A stretch of 64,000 bases of DNA from Moniliella sp. 'wahieum' (lineage: Eukaryota). Below are positions 12,419 through 24,309 of this stretch, in pieces. The translations under genes and the position numbers were made by a program. The DNA lies in contig RSEE01000028.1 in the NCBI GenBank assembly GCA_003971905.1, positions 496,001 to 560,000 on the forward strand, in the 5' to 3' direction. Within the stretch, counting starts at the first letter, position 1, and every line of letters starts with the position of its first letter. The notes under the pieces were generated by a model that was given only the letters and a program-made list of their open reading frames with translations, was not told the DNA's origin and did no database searches.

Positions 12419-14179
12419 TCAAAGAACTAGCGCTTGATCTGCACAATCGACCACATCCAGCACAATTCCCACAAGCCATCCGTACTACTTCCTCCAGCAC
12501 TTGCACATTTTTCCCGCCCTTGCCCCATGTGTCCTTGGGCTTGCCCCAAGTATGATAAAAATCCACCACCGTCGCACCGAGGCCAAGCCTTGGCCCGTCT
12601 CAACCTCGACACGGTACCGTAAAGGGGGGAAAGTCCGACGCGGGTCGGAATAGGGTATTGGGCTCACATCGGTGCTGGGGCGGGTGCGATCTTGGGGCTA
12701 GGGGGGTGGTCGCCCAAGGCTCTGCTTTGCCATGAGCCGTATGGATCCCTGCAGCATGGGGGCCCATGTGGGTGGTCGGAAGGTCATACGTGTAGAACAG
12801 CTGCGGCTCCGCCACGTACACCACCGTCAAGAGGTCATGGCGGGAGGACCATACTTAAACCCAAAGTCATTGCAATAGGTAGAGGCAAAGAAAGTGACAG
12901 CCGAGGACACGAGCTTGCGCACGTTGCTGGGCACGTTTGGACGCATGGGGGGCGGGGGCTTGGGACGTGGAGCCTGCTGGTCCTGCTGACCCGGCACCGG
13001 TGGTCCGGCCGGGACATGCTGGAGCAGACGGTCATGCACCTGGGGCGTAAAGATCGCTTGGTGTGTCACGTTGAGGCCAGCCATGACGACTTTGACCGGA
13101 TGGTACATGACAATTGCAATTGCCTCCGGGTCACACGCTGCATTGAACTCCCCTAGGGCCCATCGGTTCCCTGCCGATACTGCTGCTCCACCCATGATTA
13201 CGATGGAGGCGACCGTGTCTGGCGCAACGAGCGCCGGGTGAAGCTTGATGAGAAGGCAATGTTGGTACAAGGCCCCGTGATGCATATATGAAGTGGGGGC
13301 GCAGCAGCGTTCCGACGCGTCGGAGCTCGGTTGCGAGAGCCGCTACGACACGGTCGGGCGAAGCCGAGGGACGGCAAGGTGAGGTGCGACAGGTTCGGTG
13401 TGCGTTTCGTCAGGCGTAGGGTCTTCCACTAACTGTGGGTCGTACCCAGCATACGAAGCCCATATCCGTTGGCTAGGGCCGGATCGCCCAACGACGGCAG
13501 GCCCAGAACACCCCCTAAACCATCTTGCCCATGGATCGAGGCGTCGTGCCGCACGGCTTGGAGCAGGGGGCGTCGGCACCACGAATTAACACAGGATACA
13601 TCACGTCCGGATCATCACTAGGGGGTGTGGGAGGGACTCCTGCAGTAGTGCGGGTGGGGTCAGAGCGCGCGAGCGCAAGACCCAGTCGGCACCAACTGCA
13701 ACCAAGACACGAGCTGCGTTAATGTAGGTGGCACGTCCGGGCGCATTGCCTGAGACGGTACTGACGCCAATGAGCCGAAGGGAGGGGTGGTGAGTGGCCA
13801 TAAGTAAGGCAAGCGCATCATCATGGCCTGGGTCACAGTCGATCCAAACATCCTTCGTGGGCTGAATCGAAGCATTGTACTGCACCCGTGACTGGCCCGC
13901 CGGCAGCTGGCGGACCCGCTCGCCTGTGTGCATGAGATGGGTAAGCTGTGGCGGGGCGGAAAGGCTCCCGTACGGATGATTGACGAGGGGGGCGGAGGCG
14001 ACACCACCCTTGAGCGGGACTGAACCGGAGACAGGGCCCGAGGGGGTTGGGGTCAACTCGGCTGGCTTGGATTCGGGCGAGACGGTCTTGCCGAGACCGA
14101 CGCGACTGAGGCGGCGCAAGAGGGACGACTTGACGCCATCATGCGTCGGCGAGACAGACTCGGCAGACGAAGACAGCAT
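12419..14179 (-). CDS. URH1: Inosine/uridine-preferring nucleoside hydrolase with N-terminal extension
   Basis: VWIDCDPGHDDALALL (DxDxxxDD Ca-binding motif), GVSTVSGN, IVIMGGA...EFNAACDPEA, GLNVTHQA, GPPxHDLLTVVYV, G.TVVD. Several indels. Confidence 0.9.
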
Positions 14180-15809
14180 GGGGCATGGGGCAGCTGGCGG
14201 CGGCCAGGGACAGGAGTGGGTGCGGCAAGAACGGGAAGGATGATGGGGGGAGGGGGGGCGATGGTGAGATGGAGATGGAGGACATAAACAGGCATTCGAA
14301 CGCAGCCGGTGGTTGCGCCACGCAGGCGGCGGGCGAGTGTGCGTCTCTTACAGCCGCATGGCAGCAAGCGCCGTCGCGCCAGGCTCCCGACCGGTGTCCG
14401 GTGGTCAGGTGACTGGCGGGACAGCGATGGATGATGCATGCACCATGCATCCTGCTGCGGGGCGGTGGCAAGGGGGAGTGGCCGGGAAGCGCTATATAAG
14501 CGCTACGCGTTAACCGAGCACCGCTGACCTCACCGCTGCCAGAGATCGTTCGCGGGCGAAGAATAGGGTTCTCGCTTCCCTCTCCAACTATTAGACTCCA
14601 TCCACACTACGTCCTCCCTCCCAGCCCCTGCCCCAAGAGACGGGCATTGTTGGTGATCCCGACGAGAAGGGAAAGGAAAAGGACGTGGCATCAGAGGACA
14701 GAGCTATCAATTACAATTCGGATGAGCACTGAAAACGACACAAAATCCGAACCAAAAGATGGGAACTGACTCTTGTGGAACAGCGGCGTCTCTTGCTTAT
14801 GGTGCACCAACACCAAGAGATGCTGTGCGAGTGCGATGCATCCGACAACCGAGAGGTTATTGGAATGCATATAACAGTGCTAGTATAGCGAAATACAGAT
14901 GGGACGGAGGCAGATGGCGGAGGTTCATCTTAGTATAGATGCAGACAACAACAAGCCGGGACAGAAACTATCATATATCACGAGTGTGTCATTGTGTGCG
15001 TGCCCCACCAACACATGTGTGCATTGTGTATAGATGGTGCCATAACCAGGTGGGCACATATATAACTGTGCTATATATACGAGAGCAGAGAGGTCACAAT
15101 ATTAGTGGTGTTGATCCTATTGTCAGAGACCTATAACAGAGGAGAGCCGGGGGAGGTTGAACAACTTTATTTCTCCCCATCTGCTTCATATATACAGCCT
15201 CTGTCAGTTGCCCTACTAAACGCGATACCTATACCCCTGAGACCCGGGGGCTGATGCGTGTGTATGTATGTAATGTGCTGTGTCTGCTGCAAATCGATAA
15301 TCGATAACGGGCGCGAGGGGCCATCGTATGGCATTTCCAAGAGAGGATGCGCATATAATGCGAAGCCAACAGCCTTCGTACCCTCGGAGGAGCCTTTTGA
15401 AGGGCTTGAGGCCTGAGGGGGGCCTGAAGAGACCCTAAACCCCTTTAAGAATATACAAATGGTTAAAAACGTAATCGGTCCATTATATTTGATAATCGAT
15501 CATACTGATCTCCGCATGACTGTGTAATGCTCTCTCCTCTCTCATTCTTGCCTGTATACTGTAGTGCGCCAAACGGAAGCGCGGCGTGATTTGCGGGTGG
15601 TCAACAGGGTCGCAAGGAGGGTGTGTTCACTCCCTAATGCTCCGATGCAGTTGATTAAAAAGTATTAGGTTGCTGGGGCCCGGGGGGGGGGCGTCAAAGT
15701 AAAGCAACCCAAATTGATATTGCGCTCGTCCTATACATATGTGGGTGCAATCAATGACTCTTCTACCTGGCAGTTGAATACGCTTTCACTTCCCACCACC
15801 ATCACCACC

Positions 15810-18190
15810 ATGGCTGAAGAGGAGCGTCTCCTGGTTTCCGACTTGCCTTTGGCGTACGTCTTTTTCTTATTCTTTTCTTTCTGCTCATCTACACGCAACA
15901 ACCCCCACAACACAATCACTAACCCCCTCCCCCTTCCCTCCCCTCTCTCTTTCCAGAAACAGCCAGCGCCCTCAGTCTCTTCCGCAAGCTATCTCTGGTG
16001 CGAGCGAACAAAATTTTACGGCCCCACGTATTCGCCACTCAGTCGCAGCAGGGGGTGCAACACAGCGGGTCTCCTATGCTGCTATGACCCCTTCTCCACA
16101 GCTTCACCCCCTCATCTCCCCTCCGACGGCCCAGCCTATCCCTTTTCACCTGAAGAAGTGGGCTATCTTTCCTTGGCTAGCCACTATTACTCGAGCAAGG
16201 TGGGAAGAATGCACCGCCTGGGGTCACGTCGGCACCGCGGATCGTCACCCTACATCGATCAGCAGCAACGTACTCGCTACAACAACATTGGCTCCTCTAA
16301 TGACTCGGACGACAGTGATGGAGAGGTCACTGGTGGGCAACATACCCATGCTCAACGTCAATTTCTAGTACGCTCCCTAGGCTCTCCTACGTCTAGTACG
16401 AGGTTCAGTCTCCTCTCTGACGGGGGCGCTTTCCGCCGTTCCGAGCGTCCCGTCAGCTTCCCTCATGCTTCTCATAATAGCGGCACTTACACTATGCCGA
16501 CGGATCCCAAGATAACGATGGAAGCGCTAGGCGCTATGGGAGACCTGTCCAACGTAACTTTGCCTAAGCTCCCTTTGCTTGGTGGCCATCGCCCTCATCA
16601 TACTGCCGAAAGTGGGCTCAGTGCCCTGGATCCAAGCCGGACCACGTCTATGGTCAACTTTAGCCAACTTGACCCGACCCCACGGCGCGGCGCTGGAAGG
16701 GCTGCATGGGGCCCCAACGGCGGCGGCCACATTGTTCTCGGTGCAGGCGGATACGAGGATGATGACGGGATCAACTTGAATATCGGCTCTTTTGGCCGCA
16801 CAACTGCCGCCTATCGTGCTCCCCGGGACGAGGAAGCTGGTTCGCTGCGTCGCCGAAATGGGTTTGCCTTTGCCATTTACTACTGAAGATGCCATGGCGA
16901 CCTACAACGACGACGACGATGACGACGACGGGAAGAACAAGTCTCAGGTGGCCCAGTGGCTCTTGAATGACATTTTAGGTCGCGGGGTGGACAAAGAGTA
17001 CAGGCACAAGTTGCGTTGGAACAAGTTCAAAGTTGCCATGCTGGTCAGCAATGCTTACTTGACGTGCATCGCCATTGCCGGCCTGGTTGGGACAATCCTG
17101 ACGTGGACCAATGTATGGAACCGGTCGGACATTGTACGTGTTGTGAACCGCACCGAGCTCATTTTGGGCACGATCGCCATGTCGCTCTTATTGGTGACTT
17201 CCATCATTGGATGGGTGGGCATTCTGCTCAACAACCGAGCCTTTCTCTCTGTATGGGCGCTTTTGCTCTGGGTTTGTTTTGCCTTCACTGTTGCACCCGG
17301 GTACATTGCTTACAAGCGCCACACGTTTAACCTCGATGGCAAAATGAACGAAGCATGGTCCCGGGACCTCAATGAGGAAAAGAGGGCCATGGTGCAGAAT
17401 ACGCTTACCTGTTGTGGATGGTTCAGCCCTCCAGAATAGCATCCGAGACCAACCTGTGTTATGCACGGTCAGTCCTACCTGGGTGCAAGGGCCGAGTGCT
17501 CCGGTTTGAAAGGGCGGCGTTGCGATACATTTACACATGTGCGTTCAGTCTAGTTGGTCCGCATCTGGTTATTATTGTCGTCTCGCTCTTGTCCAGCAAC
17601 CATGTGACCTATCGCTTTGGAAAGGGCGTCACCCCACGAGCCTATCATCTTACCCCAGCAACCGTGGCGCTGATCCAACAGGAGTTCTATAATAATTTGA
17701 CCGACATGTATGGCGCTGGGATTGTGCCAGAGTTACGCGCTGTGCAGCAGCGGATGAGCGCTTTGTCGACCATGAGCAGAGGGCAAACCAGTGTTGTGAC
17801 CGTTCAAGATCAAACTCACCTCCTGAATGAGGGGGAGGAGGAGGAGGAGAGGAGGAGGAGGAGGAGAGGGAGGAGGCGGAGGAGGAGGACAACGAGGAGA
17901 CTGAATTTGGAACGTTCCAAGGGCAAAACGGTCAGAGCGGACTGTCGGATTCGGTCACGAAAAACAATCGAAGCAACGCCACTGCTCATACCTACGATGA
18001 AGCACCGGACGACGTTTCGGACAGCGTTGTATCCTACAATGCTGAATCCGACGATGTAATCTCGGCTGTTTCTCAACCCCACTTGCTGGCGGCTTCCCGC
18101 CGCACGGCTGGCTCCTCCTCGCCCACGGGATATATTCAGCTCTTCCAGCCTTTCTCTTCACCCTCACAGACGAATCAGGGCCATACGTGA
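15810..18190 (+). CDS. TSP2: Basidiomycete Tsp2-type tetraspanin with long cytosolic N-terminus
   Basis: LRWNKFK..SN, four TM segments, GILLNNRAFL, PGYIAYKR, large loop TCCGWFSP..CYARSVLPGCK, SNHVTYRFGKGVTPRAY. Early intron near 15855-15960; acidic GAG-repeat tail. Confidence 0.85.
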
Positions 18191-18849
18191 GGGTCCTAGC
18201 CCCCTTGATGTCATCTACCTGTTGGCCCCTCATTTGAATACTACGTCCCACCCCTCGTTCTCTGTATGATGATTGCCCTTTGCTGTGATTGATGTTTGCT
18301 GGACGATCCCATTTGTCTTCTCATGGGGATACTGCACTGTGTTGATGCATCATGCCCTACAACAGCGTATCCCCTCCTGATTTCTCTTCTTTCTGCTGGG
18401 GTCCATTGTTGATGTGCGCGTATTCCGACTTGGACGTGGACCCGGCTGATCACCTAGCTAGTTGACGTTCCAATGGATGATGAATGACGAGAAGAAGGGG
18501 CCGTGCCGCAGAACCGACAGGAGAAGAGAGCACTCGAGTGATGTGCTCATGTGCAAAAGAAGCTCCCTGTTGTCGCGGCGCGGGCTGCGTGTTGCTGCCT
18601 GGGCTGCGCGGCGCACGAGCCACGTGGTCCAGCCGCGCGGGATGATGAGACGATGGATGATGGATGGTCACTATCCATGCTTCGGCGCTGGGCCACAGCC
18701 CTCCTGCCATTTCCTCGTGGCAATTCCACCCACGACCGCGCGGTCCGCTCGCTGGGGCGGAATGCGCGCGTGTATTTAACACGCCAGCGTCCCACGTCCG
18801 CCCCCCGTTTCCTCTTCTCTCCCACCCCCGCTTCTGCTCCCCCCCAACC

Positions 18850-21798
18850 ATGGCATCCCCCGAGTCTGAGAAGAACCCATGGCTGACGCTCCCTGCGCTC
18901 GCCAAGCCCACCCACTACGACCTGCTCATCAAGTCGGATCTGGAGCAGCTCACCTTTACTGGCCTGGTCACCATTTCCCTTGAGACGCTCGTTGACACGG
19001 CTGAGTTGACGCTCAATGTGGGATCCCAGCTGGTGGTCAGCAAGGCCCTGGTGGCCAGCGATGTGCTGAAGAGCTCCACCTCCACCCTTGTGCCCCTTGA
19101 GATCGACACGGACCACGAGCGTGCTACCCTGCGCCTGCCCCACACCCTTCCTGCCGGCAGCAAGGCCAGCGTGACGGTTGCCTTTGGCGCCGAAATTGAC
19201 AAATCGATGGCGGGCTACTACCGCTCCAGTTGGGAGCACAAGGGGCAGAAGGGCTTTTATGCCTTGACCCAGTTTGAGCCCACCTCAGCCCGCAAGGTCT
19301 TCCCCTCGTTTGACGAACCTGCGCTCAAGGCCACGTTTGCGCTTCGCTTGATCCACCGTACCCACACGGTTGCGCTGGGCAACATGTGTGGCCGAGGCCA
19401 AGCCCGTTTCGGAGGCGGAGATCACTCAGTTGCTGCGTGCCAAGGAGCTGGAACTGGAAGAGGACAAGATCGTGCCCCCCTCGGATGCGACGCTGAAGAC
19501 TGAGAAGGCCGAATGGGAGCTGACTCGGTTTGACGTTACGCCCATCATGTCGACCTACCTCGTTGCCTTTGCCGACGGCAACTTCCTCCACCTCGCTTCG
19601 ACCTACACCTCCCCCCTGACGGGCAAGACGGTGGACGTGAAAGTGTACACCACACCCGAATACATTCACCAGGCTAAGTTTTCGCTCGAGGTGACGACGC
19701 GCGTGATGCCCGAGTACGAGAAGGTGTTTGATATCCCCTACCCTCTTCCCAAGCTCGACACACTTGTTGCCAGCGACTTTGATGCGGGTGCGATGGAAAA
19801 CTGGGGGTTGATCACCGGTCGCACCTCCATCTACCTCGTCGACGAGGAGAAAGGTGGATTGAGCGCCCGCAAGCTTGCTGCCAGCGTTCAAAGCCACGAA
19901 TGCGCCCACCAATGGTTCGGGAACATTACTACCATGGCATCCTGGGAGAGGTACGTCCTCTACGTTCTTCCTTCCCCCCTAACTCCCTTTCCTCAGCCCT
20001 AGAAGGGTGGAAGCAATGCTAACGCAGTTCCAGTTTGTACCTGAACGAGGCTTGGGCCTCTTTGGCCGGCGAGGTGATTATCTTGGACCGTTGCTGGCCG
20101 GAATGGACGTCAGACCGTGAATTTATTGTGGCCCACTTGTCGCGCGCGCTCGAGTTGGATGCCAAGCGCTCTTCGCATCCGATTCAAGTCCCGCTCAAGG
20201 GCGAGAATGTCGAGGCGGCGATCAATGAAATTTTCGATGCGATTTCCTACTCCAAGGGCGCTTCGGTCCTGCGCATGCTGATGAAGATGGTGGGGGAGGA
20301 GGTGTTCCTGAAGGGTACCTCGATTTACCTGAAGAAGCACTTGTATGGAAACGCGAACCCGGAGGATCTGTGGAAGGGTATTGCCGAGTCGTCGGGCCTG
20401 GACATTTCCGCCATTATGGGCAAGTGGGTACTGAAACAAGGCTTCCCCGTTTTGACCGTCACCGAGACGGAGGACGCGATCCAGGTGCGCCAGAACCGCT
20501 TCTTGGCCACGGGCGATGTGAAGCCAGAGGAGGACGAGACGTTGTGGTATGTTCCGCTCAACCTCAAGACGGTTGGCAACGATGGTGCGCCCACGGTGAA
20601 TGCTGGCCTGGTGCTGAACGAGGAGCGGGAGACAACCATCCCGCTCAAGGGCGCTTCGACTGCACCCTGGAAGCTAAATGCCGATACGGTGGGAGTGTAT
20701 CGGGTGGCCTACACGCCAGCCCGCTTGGCTCTGTTGGGTGAGGAGGCAGCCCGGGCCGATTCGGCTTTCTCGTTGGAAGACCGGGTGGGGCTGGTGAACG
20801 ATGCGCATACCTTGGCTCGGGCCGGGTACGCCAAGACAAGTGGGACACTGACCCTGCTCAAGAAGATTGGCGGGAACCTTCCTTCCTGGTTAACTCGGCG
20901 GCGCTCAAGGCGTTTGCTGATCTCAATTCGGTGTGGTACGAGGAGCCCGAGGAGGTGCAAGCTGCGCTGAAGAAGTTCCAAGTCGAGTTTTGGAGCCCCA
21001 AGGCTCAGGCCCTTGGGTTTGAGGGCAAGCCGGATGATTCGGTGGACGTACAGCAGTTGCGTGCCCTGGTACGTATTTCTTTTCTTTTTGCCTGTTGGCG
21101 TTTATCTTGGCATGATCATGGCAACCCAACTAACGACCTTGTGCAAACTTGATGATTAGGCAATTGGTGGTGCGGCGAGTGCTGGAGACCCTTGGACTGT
21201 CAAGGAGATTCAGAAGCTGTACGCGGCCATGCTGGAGGGCAAGGACACGATCCCTTCGGACCTGCTTTCCCCCGTGTACATGACGGCGGTCAAGTACGGC
21301 GGAGAGAAGGAATACGATGCGCTGCTCAACATCTACCGTGCCCCCCCCACGCCGGCCCACAAGGTGGCGAGTATGTATGGCATGTGCGCGACGGAGGATG
21401 CAGCGCTACTGAAACGGACGGTGGACTTCCTGTATTCCGGGGAGGTGAAGGAGCAGGATTTTTGTACTACTTCCGCTGCATGTCGGTGCGTCCCAAGGCG
21501 CGGCGTGTGTTGTGGGCGTCGACGCAGGAAAAGTACGATGTTCTGGCCAGCCTGTTTGCCGGCAACTTTGGTCTGGGCCGCCTGATCGAGTCGTCGTTTG
21601 ATGGCTTGGCAACGGAGAAGGATGCCGAGGAGGTGGAGACGTTCTTTGCTTCGAAGGATGTGCGGCGCTTCACCATGGCCCTTTCCCAGGGCTGGAGAGC
21701 GTCCGTGCACGGGCCGCGTGGCTGGCGCGGGCGCGGGGGAGGTGCAGGCTTGGCTGACGACGAGTGGCTACCTGGCCTGGCCTGGGCGCCTGAGCTAA
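18850..21798 (+). CDS. APE2: M1 family zinc aminopeptidase (Ape2/Aap1/puromycin-sensitive type)
   Basis: TQFEPTSARKVFPSFDEP, GAMENWGL, HECAHQWFGN..LNE (HExxH-18-E), FDAISYSKGASVLRML, ERAP1-like C-terminus. Introns near 19951-20033 and 21069-21159. Confidence 0.93.
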
Positions 21799-24309
21799 GA
21801 GGTCTGCCTGCCTGGGGCGCTGGTTTACACGGATGGTCTCCCTCGATCATCTAGATGTCGATTAGTGCTTGGTCGGCAGGACTGGGACCGCTGTCAGCTG
21901 CCACTGACAATCTATCTGCCCATTTGTTCTGCAGTCCCTTCCAAGCGGCTGGTCTTATCTTGCCGCGGCGGCACTGCCTCAGCTTCCGTCTGTGGGTTAG
22001 GGATGGGCGGATGCTCATCTCAGATCTCAGATCTCATTGAAGACATCTTTTGGTTTGCTGTCTCGATAGATTGGGAGCGGGCAATGGATCGAACGTCTCT
22101 TCCTGATCGGATGAATCAGCCAATCAATAACTTAATCAACAGTTGACAGTATAGATGGGCAGTTCGGACTATTCAATTGAATGTTGACATGGACAACGTT
22201 CAGTTGAACGTTGAACGTTGAACGAACGTTGACACTACGCTGACAGACGCAAGTGGTGAATGGTCGTCCATATGTGGGGGGGCGACCATGTATGTCATCG
22301 AAGGTATCATAGGGTACCACCTACATGGGGCCATGCATCTTAAGATCTTGCCACAAATCATTACATCCGCTAGGCTAGAGGGTGACGTCATCCGTAACGC
22401 TTGGGTCGGCGGCTCTCGCAAGCGCATGGCATATGGACGCGGGACGCCTGAAAGTACCAACGCGCGCGAAAGGGATGGGACATGTAAGGCTCAGCGCGTT
22501 GCGTGTGAGGGCCGGAGTCACCGGTCACCGGTCCGACCTGACGCTCCCGAAGAGGTGTTGTAACGAACATGACTTTTCTGTCGGCCAAGAAGCCAAGGCT
22601 TGCAGAAGACCTGCCGACTTTCTTTGAACGGTGGGGCAATCTCATCAGAATTCAAGTGTGTGGTGTTCACGATGTTCACGATGTTCATGCGCAAACTATT
22701 GCACCATGCACTACCACGTGTTGTCGCATGTCGGGCGCCACCTGTCTCAACGCCATCGAAGCCAGGGCGGCGAGGCCAGGCGGGGTCTCGCTGATGGGCT
22801 GCGAGGGGAAGGAACGTAAGGAAGAAGACCTAAGGAACCCTCTGGGACAGCTGAGGCCTGAGATCCTGAGAGGATGGGGGGATTGGGGGGGATTGGATCC
22901 AGAGCACAGGATCCGTTGCAGACTGACAGACTGGCCTCGGGCTGGCCAGGCACGAATCCGATCACGTCGATCAATAAGTTGATCACCAAGGCGATCATCG
23001 ATCTCGATCAGGGCGATCACACATATCACACGGGCTCAGCGCGCTGGGCCTCAGCATGATACTGCACATCACCCTCCCAGCGTTGAGCCGCTGTGGACAG
23101 GGTGCGGACTATGTTCTTTTGTTTCTGGGCGGCTGAGCCTTAGCGCCTCAGCAGAGCGTGCAGCGCAGAGCAACTGCGTAAATGCAACCGGTAAGGCCTA
23201 AGGCCTAAGACCGAAACTCGATAACCGGTACCGGGCGACTGGCGACCGGTGACGGTGAGCGGATATAACCCACCGGTAACTAAAGATGATCGATGAATGA
23301 CTAGGTAAACGTTACCCGCACAAGGGTAAGAACCCGGTAGCCAGTCGCTGGAACTAACTAGCAACGGCTACCGGGTATTGATCTCGACGGCGAAGGTGAT
23401 TAAATTGGAGGTGCGCAAGGGCCTGCTACCAAGAGAAAAGGCGTCATTAATCATGCATCCTTCGGACACTGTGGATGGCATTTTTGTGGTATGGCCAAAT
23501 AAAGCTGTGGCCACCCAACATCCCATTCATAGTACGGCGCACATGCCGTCAATGCCACCGCGCGTGCCATCCTTGTCACAATTGGCAGAGCGTCGCTGCC
23601 ATCATTCATGTGAAGCAAACCGACGCGCAGCTTACGCGTTACGCGTTACGCCTCGACGAGCACAGACCATGATGCACGATGGATGATGCATGATGCCCTC
23701 TCAACAACTTACTATCCCGTTGTCCTGGGCACCCCGCTTGCCTGTGACACATGCATGACGGAGTGATGCAGGTGATGTATGGCACGCGCCACCACGCGTG
23801 ACAGGTGATGGGTGGCGCGCAGCGCGTGACATGTGATATGCGCCGCCTGAAGCCAAGGGTGACATGCGACGCGTGACGCTGCACTCGGCTAAAGCTCGCT
23901 TGCCCTGTGCGCCATCGGCTGCTGGCATGATCGATGAGCGACGACGGGTGACGGGTGACAGCTGCCGACACTGGTGTGTGTGGCGCAGGGCGATCCTCCG
24001 AGGCCTCAGCCGGCGAGAAGGGCCAGCCCCTACAGGGGCAGTCTCATCCCGAGTTCGACCCTTGCATGCCCAGCGCCAGCACCCGCCATCGGTGCCCAGA
24101 AGCACCCCGTGCGTCGTCCGTCCGCAGCGCCACCCGGCCGCACGGCCCAGGGGCCACACCGCCCCGACACAGTGCAAATATTTGTGCGCCCATACAGACC
24201 CTGGACTGCGCCTGCCTTTTCTCAGCGCCCACATCCCCGCCCTCTCTCGCTCCCTCGTCCTCCCCACCATCCCTGGCATCCACCTCCACCGCCCTCTGCC
24301 CCTGCCACC

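Noticed and set aside
22190..23400. Short repeats as a CRISPR-like array
   Set aside because: There is no constant repeat with regular unique spacers, and the context is eukaryotic.
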